From NCBI GenBank assembly GCA_016933055.1, contig JAFGBS010000001.1, forward strand, positions 1 to 32,000: a stretch of 32,000 nucleotides of DNA. The letters are read 5' to 3'. Below the pieces are notes generated by a model that saw nothing but the letters and a program-made list of their open reading frames with translations, ran no database searches and had not been told where the DNA came from. The position numbers and the translations under genes are program-made. This document shows positions 1 through 6,918 of the stretch, one piece after another (the first letter of the stretch is position 1; each line of letters starts with the position of its first letter). The stretch is from Promethearchaeota archaeon. Its GTDB lineage: Archaea; Asgardarchaeota; Lokiarchaeia; Sigyniarchaeales; Promethearchaeaceae.

Positions 1-1483
1 CTTCTAACTTCTGTCGTTTTTCCTGTTCTCTTCGTTCTTGTTCTTTCTTTTGAAATTTGATTGATTCTTCAAGTTTCCTTTGTTCTTCAATTTCTTGTTC
101 TCGCTTTTTATTGTACAGAACACGTTCTTTTTGATCATCAGCGTATAATTTTTCATACATAGAAATTGCCGAATCTAATTTACTTGCCTCTCCTTTCCAC
201 CCGATTTTATGCAATATCTCTTTAGAATTTTGATATGTCTCTTTCGCACGCAAATAAGGACATTCTAATGAAAACTTATCAATTATTGCGTGTTCCTTAT
301 AGAACTTAACTTCTTTTTCGATATCTTCAATTTGTTTGAATGCCTGTTCACTGGCTTCTTTTTCTTGCTGTTTTGATTTCTCCAATATCTCTAGTTTTTT
401 ACGTTTTTGTTCTTCCCGATTTTTTGATTCTACTTCCTGTTCTTTAATTCTTCTAGCGATTTCTAAGTCTTCTTCTTCTTTAAGTCGCTTTGCTAGTAGG
501 TCTCGTTTTTGTCGTTCTTGTTCTTCCCAAATTTTATTTTCAAGAATTTTTATTGTGTCATTTAACTTGATAATTTCTTGTTTCCAACCCAATCTTGCCA
601 TAACATCCTTTATATTGCCATAGAGTTCCAAAGCTCTTACCAAATCATTGGATTTTTCATACAGAGAGGCTTTATCGAGATCTGCATAGACTTGATTTTC
701 CAATTCTTTCCGAGACAATGATTGCTGAATTATTAACTTCTTTTTCTCTTCTAATTCTTTGAGTTTTTTACTCTGTGCATTCAATTCCAATTCTTTGGCT
801 TTCCAAGTACTCTCTTGTTCTTGAAGACTCTTTTTTTCTTTCTCATCTTTTAGAAGAGCGAGATTTTTTTCTTTAATAAAATTTTGAATGGTGTTTTCGA
901 CTTTTTCAGCTTCCGTATTCCACTTAATATCCAAAAAAAGGTTTTTAGCTTGACGGTATTTCGCTATTAATTCATCATACTGTTGATTTTTGTGAAAAAC
1001 CTGTCCTTCTTCCAAAAGTTGGAATGCAGCATTTGAGATTCGATCTTCTTCTTTTTTTTTTTCTTGTAATTGTTTCAGTTTATTCTCTCTTTCTTGATGC
1101 TCTCTTTCTAATTCTTTTTTGTGACTTTGGATTAATGTTTGTTGCTCCTTCTCTTCTATTTCTTTTTCTCTTTGTTGTTGAATCTTTAATTCTTCTTTTT
1201 TGATATTATTCTGACGTTTGAATTGCGCGTTTTGAATGAGATCATAAACCTGTCTTTGTTTAATACCCCAAGGATGATCACTTATAATTTTATATGCCTC
1301 AATGAGTTTGAAGAGGGCTGCGTCAAAATCTGACTCTTGTAATAGCCTATCAGATTCTATACATAAACTATCTACTTTTTTTTCATAATTGTTTTTATTA
1401 TTCATCTGTTCAGCCATGGATAGCGTGCTTTCCATCGGAGCAGTTAAGATTTCCAATTCTTTCTCTAGCTCTTTATTATTCAT
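1..1483 (-). CDS. Charged coiled-coil protein with 4 MIT/TPR-like three-helix repeats; 3' end truncated by the window edge (>494 aa)
   Basis: Not in the ORF track because it has no stop in the window. Manual translation of the minus strand from ATG at 1483 (in-frame TAA directly upstream, GAAGGAG 7 nt upstream) is open to position 1: MNNKELEKELEIL...LVRALELYGNIKDVMARLGWKQEIIKL...KEQERREQEKRQKLE. E/K/Q/R-rich. Confidence 0.9.
   Translation of the reverse strand, partial: MNNKELEKELEILTAPMESTLSMAEQMNNKNNYEKKVDSLCIESDRLLQESDFDAALFKLIEAYKIISDHPWGIKQRQVYDLIQNAQFKRQNNIKKEELKIQQQREKEIEEKEQQTLIQSHKKELEREHQERENKLKQLQEKKKEEDRISNAAFQLLEEGQVFHKNQQYDELIAKYRQAKNLFLDIKWNTEAEKVENTIQNFIKEKNLALLKDEKEKKSLQEQESTWKAKELELNAQSKKLKELEEKKKLIIQQSLSRKELENQVYADLDKASLYEKSNDLVRALELYGNIKDVMARLGWKQEIIKLNDTIKILENKIWEEQERQKRDLLAKRLKEEEDLEIARRIKEQEVESKNREEQKRKKLEILEKSKQQEKEASEQAFKQIEDIEKEVKFYKEHAIIDKFSLECPYLRAKETYQNSKEILHKIGWKGEASKLDSAISMYEKLYADDQKERVLYNKKREQEIEEQRKLEESIKFQKKEQERREQEKRQKLE
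100..1380 (-). repeat. Four protein-level repeats (A..Y..A..h...h[G/K/P]W..E..kh...I) separated by charged coiled coils
   Basis: Conserved Trp codons at 1268-1270, 920-922, 584-586 and 197-199, giving periods of 116, 112 and 129 aa. The repeats are diverged at the DNA level and boundaries are approximate. Confidence 0.75.
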
Positions 1484-1540
1484 TTAGCTCTCCTTCTTCA
1501 CATGCCAAGGTGTGCACTAGTATGTAAGTTAACAATATCG

Positions 1541-1570
1541 TTACTATAGTAAATATTATCCTATAGATAA
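1541..1570. promoter_or_regulatory. Paired CTATAG-centred palindromes, candidate operator
   Basis: Perfect 12-bp palindrome TTACTATAGTAA (1541-1552) and ATTATC-N5-GATAAT (1554-1570), about 60-85 nt upstream of the 1483 start codon. Confidence 0.3.
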
Positions 1571-1610
1571 TTTGGAAAATTAAAAGATAAGGTAGATCCT
1601 ATCAGAGGAA

Positions 1611-2021
1611 TTATTCAATTGGGTCTCCCAAAAGTTCCTCATGGGAATTTAAATAGTCATCACAGATTTTTTCCCCTTCTTGAGTTAACTTATAGCCTTG
1701 ATCATTTTTTTCACAATATCCAAGTGTTTCACATGCACTCAATATCTCCCGTACTTCGGGTTCCTCCTTTTTCTCCTTAAAATCAGAGCGTAAACAATAT
1801 AGTATATCCTCTAAGGGGACTGGATTTCCTCCATTTTCATCATTCATAACCCCCAATGCAGCAATAATAAGACTTTGCTCCTGTACATTTGTGTCCATCT
1901 TATCTTCCCATTCTTCCAAAAGCCATAAGTGATCGAGTAGCATTTTTTTGATCATTGCCTCATTACCACTCTTAAAATATTCCTGAAATTCCTCTCTGAT
2001 CTTCTTTTTCTTTAAAACCAT
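1611..2021 (-). CDS. Hypothetical acidic protein with a C-terminal winged-helix-like segment
   Basis: 136 aa ORF. EVREILSACETLGYCEKNDQGYKLTQEGEKIC fits the wHTH recognition helix plus wing (L..LGY...Y.LT..G). Confidence 0.65.
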   Translation of the reverse strand: MVLKKKKIREEFQEYFKSGNEAMIKKMLLDHLWLLEEWEDKMDTNVQEQSLIIAALGVMNDENGGNPVPLEDILYCLRSDFKEKKEEPEVREILSACETLGYCEKNDQGYKLTQEGEKICDDYLNSHEELLGDPIE

Positions 2022-2151
2022 TTCAATCGCTATTTATCACTAATTTGGGTTATTGTTATTATAGTTACGAAATTTTGTCTTTAATAAATTATTGGAAAGA
2101 AATATAATCTCATAAACGTTTTATGGACACACATGAATGGAGTTCTAAGAA

Positions 2152-5100
2152 ATGGTAAAAAAACACTGTGAAAAACACTCAAGTTTTGTATATAATTGCA
2201 ATGAATGTAGACGAGCTAATAATATGGCTGTAGTGAATCATACATCCCCAGCCCAATCAAAGGACAAACCTCAACCAAAAAAGAAACAATCTAAAAGCCA
2301 AACGAAATCTGAAAAAGTCGAACAACCAAAAAAAATATCTGGCGTAAAGATCCCTATTGAAGAAGATTTTGATGAATTCGAAGATGATTTTGAGGGACCT
2401 GAAGATAATGGGGGCAGGTATAATTATCGAAAACCTCCCAGCAGAAGGAAAACGATATCTATCATAGCTGGAATGATCGTCGCGACAATCATCATTTTAA
2501 TTATTGCTTTATACGCAATACCAAAATGGTATGGAAGAATTTCACTGAATAACCAATTATATGCTGCAAAAAGTGATATAAGTGCCTCATATTGGGACTA
2601 TTATGTATTAAATTACTGGTCAACTCGATTTATAATAAATAAAACTGGTTTAATTGGTGGATTAATTGGTTGTATTGTATTTAGTATTCCCCCAGAAACA
2701 AACATATTTACTCTTATTTCGAATCGGTTGGGATGGAGGAAACTAACCACATGGAAGGTTTTGGTAATATGGTGGACTGCTGGATTTGTCATCTTTTATT
2801 TATTCGGACAATTAATTGATGTATTCTCAGAATTCAGTTTGACTATTTTCATGATTGAGAACGGAGACCTTGATATTAGCGGATTTTTCTCTGCATTTGT
2901 TGTATTGCGTGATCCTTCCCAGTTACAAATAGTTGATGTATTTGTTTATACGAATCTATTCCGCCCCATTATAAATTACCTTGTGATCTTGATTATAATA
3001 CGGTTAATTATCAGTATTGTAACGAAGATCTTCATTGATTTCAATTATTACAATATAGCAGCAAAAGGGAGTTTTATCATTGCCCTCCTCTTTGTGATGA
3101 ATTTCTTCTCGATTCCTCGTAAAGCATACGATGGATTAAGATTGATACTAGTATGGACAACACCCTTGGCTATAATTGGATTTACGACACTTGGGATATT
3201 CTTCCTGATTTACCCTCGGTTCCGAGAAAATATTGATCAGTTTACTCGAGAAGATAGAAAAAGAACAATTATTGCAGTAATTAGCTTGATTGTGTTTCTT
3301 TTAATTCCTGCATTTATCTCTATTCCAACATCAGTAAAAATTAATAATGACCAATCGATTTGGCAAGAACAAAGGTGGGATAAAAGAATTGCTGTAGAAC
3401 GTGAATGGACAATTCAAGCAGCGGGATTAGACATGTTTGATGATTTACGAAGTATAAAAAATCTGAATGAATCAAAAACTGGAAACATCGTCAATTCAAT
3501 TCGGCAATATGATAAAGAAGCTGCTATCTATCAAATGAATGCCTATGCACAAACGACATTTGAGGGTTTAGCGGACTCGGATATCGTATATGTTAAAGGA
3601 AAAGAATATTGGGTTAGTCCCAAAACTCTAAAATATGAAGATTTCATTAAAGGAGATAAGATAAAACAACATACGAATCTTTTTGACCATGTAGAAGGAT
3701 TTCTTGCTATAGATCCATTCACTGGTGAGTTGATCTCGAACCAGAGTAAGTTCTTTTCCATCTTTGGAGTAGATAATTCCTATCCAATCTTTTTTGGGGA
3801 ACATGAGTACAAATACGAAGCCACAAATAACACCCTCATTACCATCAGCTCCGAACATGATGCATTCGATGATGATATCTTATTAAATACAGAGTGGATA
3901 AATTCTGGGGACAATTACAATTACACATATCAAGGGGAAAAAGATGGTACCTTAACGGGATTATCAGCATTTTGGTTTACATTGGATATGGGATTGACTT
4001 CATATGCATTTGACATGAAATTCCAAAAAGATTTCCTGATCAATAGAAATATAATGACACGTGTTTCTAAGATTTTATTACCGGGACTAGAAATAGACGA
4101 AGATCCATACCTTGTGTTCGATTACACCAAAAATACTATGTATTATGCTCTTTCTATATACACAAAAATCCCATTGTTGAGTTATGCTCGAAGTAATTTA
4201 TTGCGTTATATCGGTACGGTGCTATTAGATGTAAAAATGGGGACCTTAGAGTTTGTTCTCAATCCTCAACTCGAAACAGATCAGACAAGTGATCCAACCT
4301 ATCCAATCTGGTCGGTTTATCTGAATGCCTATCCATGGGAATCCGTAAATTCTCCCAACTATGTAAACTGGTTAAAAGAACAACTTCGATATCCTGAAAG
4401 CTTATTTGAATCTCAACTTCAATATGAATACATTTACCACGTAGATGATCCCAGTACTTGGTACGGAGAATCTCAATTTTATGCTCGTCCCCCCTCTGGA
4501 GATTTATTTTATGTCCGGTTTGATTTAGGAGAGGGTGAGGGTTTAGAATTCGTTGGTATAGATCTGGTACAAAGACGTGGTCAATTTGCCACCACATTAG
4601 CTGGAATGTACGTATTGCGACACGGAATGCATTTTGGGGAAGTAATATTTTATAGCGGCATTGAGATAGGGGAAACAAACATGATCGGTCCAAATACTGC
4701 GCTACAAAGTCTAATTGCTGCTGCAACTCAAGACTTAGTTCTCATCGATAAAAAAGATTATGGAAATGTGTTACTCTATCCTTTAGGTACATCCCTCTAT
4801 TATTTTATTCCTGTATATTCTTCATCGGCTGATAATCGATTTCGAGTTCTCAAAATAGCTGGATTTGTGAATGCTTTTAACGCATTAGATGTAGCTTATG
4901 CAGAAAGCGCAGAGGAGGCCTATAAAATACTTAATTTAAGCATTACTGAAGAATTTCAAAGCGGGAATGTGACCCTAATTTATGAGATTGATGATGTGAC
5001 AATCCTTGAAGACATTCTGTTGGATATATATGTGAAATCAAATGATCTGAATTTTTCAGCTCCTGCAAGGAATGTTCAAGTGAACATCTCTATTGAATCC

Positions 5101-5358
5101 GATATTGTTGAAGTATTTCGTCCAGGATTTGAAACGCTGGAAAATTCTACGTTCTCTTGGGGTTCTGGTAATATTGGATATAATTTTACTGTATTTAATG
5201 AATCTTTATTACCATTGGAAGGATTTTCTACAGTTGTTCGTCTCACAGCGAATTTGGGTAGTGTATTTTCAGCTACTATTAAATATAAAGTAGTGTTGAT
5301 CGTAGACGGAGTTGCATATATCCCCGATTTCTACGAATTTGTAACATTTTATAAATAA
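2152..5358 (+). CDS. UPF0182 (COG1615) family integral membrane protein with N- and C-terminal extensions
   Basis: 1068 aa. About 9 hydrophobic segments are followed by a soluble domain with UPF0182-like motifs (IRQYD, D.DIVYVKGKEYW, LFDHVEG, PIFFGE, DPYLV, LRYPESLF, GNVLLYP...YFIPVY). Confidence 0.8.
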   Translation: MVKKHCEKHSSFVYNCNECRRANNMAVVNHTSPAQSKDKPQPKKKQSKSQTKSEKVEQPKKISGVKIPIEEDFDEFEDDFEGPEDNGGRYNYRKPPSRRKTISIIAGMIVATIIILIIALYAIPKWYGRISLNNQLYAAKSDISASYWDYYVLNYWSTRFIINKTGLIGGLIGCIVFSIPPETNIFTLISNRLGWRKLTTWKVLVIWWTAGFVIFYLFGQLIDVFSEFSLTIFMIENGDLDISGFFSAFVVLRDPSQLQIVDVFVYTNLFRPIINYLVILIIIRLIISIVTKIFIDFNYYNIAAKGSFIIALLFVMNFFSIPRKAYDGLRLILVWTTPLAIIGFTTLGIFFLIYPRFRENIDQFTREDRKRTIIAVISLIVFLLIPAFISIPTSVKINNDQSIWQEQRWDKRIAVEREWTIQAAGLDMFDDLRSIKNLNESKTGNIVNSIRQYDKEAAIYQMNAYAQTTFEGLADSDIVYVKGKEYWVSPKTLKYEDFIKGDKIKQHTNLFDHVEGFLAIDPFTGELISNQSKFFSIFGVDNSYPIFFGEHEYKYEATNNTLITISSEHDAFDDDILLNTEWINSGDNYNYTYQGEKDGTLTGLSAFWFTLDMGLTSYAFDMKFQKDFLINRNIMTRVSKILLPGLEIDEDPYLVFDYTKNTMYYALSIYTKIPLLSYARSNLLRYIGTVLLDVKMGTLEFVLNPQLETDQTSDPTYPIWSVYLNAYPWESVNSPNYVNWLKEQLRYPESLFESQLQYEYIYHVDDPSTWYGESQFYARPPSGDLFYVRFDLGEGEGLEFVGIDLVQRRGQFATTLAGMYVLRHGMHFGEVIFYSGIEIGETNMIGPNTALQSLIAAATQDLVLIDKKDYGNVLLYPLGTSLYYFIPVYSSSADNRFRVLKIAGFVNAFNALDVAYAESAEEAYKILNLSITEEFQSGNVTLIYEIDDVTILEDILLDIYVKSNDLNFSAPARNVQVNISIESDIVEVFRPGFETLENSTFSWGSGNIGYNFTVFNESLLPLEGFSTVVRLTANLGSVFSATIKYKVVLIVDGVAYIPDFYEFVTFYK

Positions 5359-5360
5359 AA

Positions 5361-5376
5361 TTATTTTTTTTCTTTT
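5361..5376 (+). terminator. Archaeal U-rich terminator
   Basis: TTATTTTTTTTCTTTT directly after the stop at 5358, between convergent genes. Confidence 0.5.
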
Positions 5377-5400
5377 CGACAATATTACTGCTTAGCAATT

Positions 5401-5706
5401 TTAATGACTCCGCATTAATGCAATTCTATAGGGAAATAATGTTGCGGTCATTACACCCTCCTTTACAGCAGGATCCTCTTCCATATACTTTGTCGCAGAA
5501 TCCCAAGAACCCTCTATAAATATCACAATACCAAACTGAGAAGCATCGTTATTCAAAGTTCGCCCTGCAAGAATAACTTTTCCTGCATCTGTGTCTTTTT
5601 TTAACCGTTCAAAATGGTCTTGTACTATCTTCTCCTCTTTTTGGGTCCATGCTTTCTCATCAAGCAAATCAGAACGTAATTTTAAGTAATATAGATACTC
5701 TTTCAT
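5401..5706 (-). CDS. YciI family protein
   Basis: 101 aa with HFERLK...GKVILAGRT...GIVIF...MEEDPAV, the YciI/MuconoIsomerase-like pattern (H, AG, DP). Confidence 0.85.
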   Translation of the reverse strand: MKEYLYYLKLRSDLLDEKAWTQKEEKIVQDHFERLKKDTDAGKVILAGRTLNNDASQFGIVIFIEGSWDSATKYMEEDPAVKEGVMTATLFPYRIALMRSH

Positions 5707-5715
5707 CAGAATTCC

Positions 5716-6918
5716 TCATAAGGCATTAATTATTTTGTTTTGGGAAGTTAAAACACCGTGCATAATACTCTCGAATACTTCTTTTACTCCCTCAGCGTTC
5801 TCGGGTAAGGATCTTTTCGCATTAATCAATGCAAGTAAAATTTCATTAATTCCTCGCAAAATCATATCAGGAGAGTACCACGGTCTTTTGGAACCCCACC
5901 ATTGAGTACAAGAGTGTAATCCTCTATCCAAAAAATTGCGAGCATTTCTATAGATGTCTTTTTTCTCATTATCCATTGAATTTTCGTATTTTGCAGCAAG
6001 ATGGACAGCTGTGGTGGCAAACATAATTAAGCGATATAATTCTATATGGAGCTCATTTCTCTTATCCAGCCATAATGGGAACGGATTATCTTGAGTTAGA
6101 TCAAAACTCATAGTAGACCATGAGGAAGCTTTAGGGACTTGTGGCTCTTTTTTTGGATATTTATCAATAATTTCAGAGATGGTACACATAGAGATGTCGT
6201 TTCGGTATTCTAATGATTGGAATAGTGGTTTGAGGAATTTATTAATACCATTCTTGACGTGATGCCCGAACGTTTCTCCGTCCATAGCTAAAATCACATA
6301 ATAATCCTTTTTTATGTTCCGATAATTTAATCGATTCACGAAATGGTCAATGGTGTTGATCTTGTTAAATCCCACATCATTGGAAATAAGATCATCTCGA
6401 AAAACTAATTTTAAGGAGGTATTAGAATGGAAGGATATGAAATCCGTTGGAAATACGGGTAAGGTGTTCGCTATCCCGGACATTATCACCCAATCGAACC
6501 CCATTTTACGAATAGGGTCGTAAATTTCTTCACTTACAGCCATCTCTGGAGGGAAAAATCCTCTAGGTGCATAAGCACCGAAAAAACGCTTATTGGTTTC
6601 ATTGTTTAGTTTAATCTGACGAATAACTTCTGGTTCAGGTAGTAGAGGAAGAAGTGGATGGAACTTTCCAGAACCAGTGAACTCAATCTGACCTCGGTTT
6701 GCTAGTGTACCAATAGAATTAATGACATCATTAAATCCATAATCGTTTAATTGTTCTGTAAGGGTTGCATTAATATTTAGGGTTATTTTCGCCGATGGAT
6801 ACTTGTTGAGAGTTTCTAAGATAGGCCGATAACTTTCATTCACAATTTGCTTTAATACTGGAGGGATCTGAGTTGGAGGTTGATAAATATGAAATAAAAA
6901 TGCAAAATGGATCGTCAC
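5716..6918 (-). CDS. Glycoside hydrolase family 57 (alpha-amylase/amylopullulanase-like)
   Basis: GH57 conserved regions are present: HIYQP, FHPLLPL, FFPPEMA (nucleophile Glu) and AMDGETFGHH (acid/base Asp). The GTG start overlaps the upstream TGA (GTGA, 6915-6918). Confidence 0.9.
   Translation of the reverse strand: MTIHFAFLFHIYQPPTQIPPVLKQIVNESYRPILETLNKYPSAKITLNINATLTEQLNDYGFNDVINSIGTLANRGQIEFTGSGKFHPLLPLLPEPEVIRQIKLNNETNKRFFGAYAPRGFFPPEMAVSEEIYDPIRKMGFDWVIMSGIANTLPVFPTDFISFHSNTSLKLVFRDDLISNDVGFNKINTIDHFVNRLNYRNIKKDYYVILAMDGETFGHHVKNGINKFLKPLFQSLEYRNDISMCTISEIIDKYPKKEPQVPKASSWSTMSFDLTQDNPFPLWLDKRNELHIELYRLIMFATTAVHLAAKYENSMDNEKKDIYRNARNFLDRGLHSCTQWWGSKRPWYSPDMILRGINEILLALINAKRSLPENAEGVKEVFESIMHGVLTSQNKIINAL

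Noticed and set aside
336-623. 95-aa Ser/Phe-rich plus-strand ORF
   Set aside because: Antisense shadow of the E/K/R-rich repeat gene on the minus strand.
1052-1062. 11-nt homopolymer as a possible phase-variation or frameshift site
   Set aside because: The frame stays open on both sides, and the run is explained by Glu-Lys-Lys-Lys codons in a charged helix.
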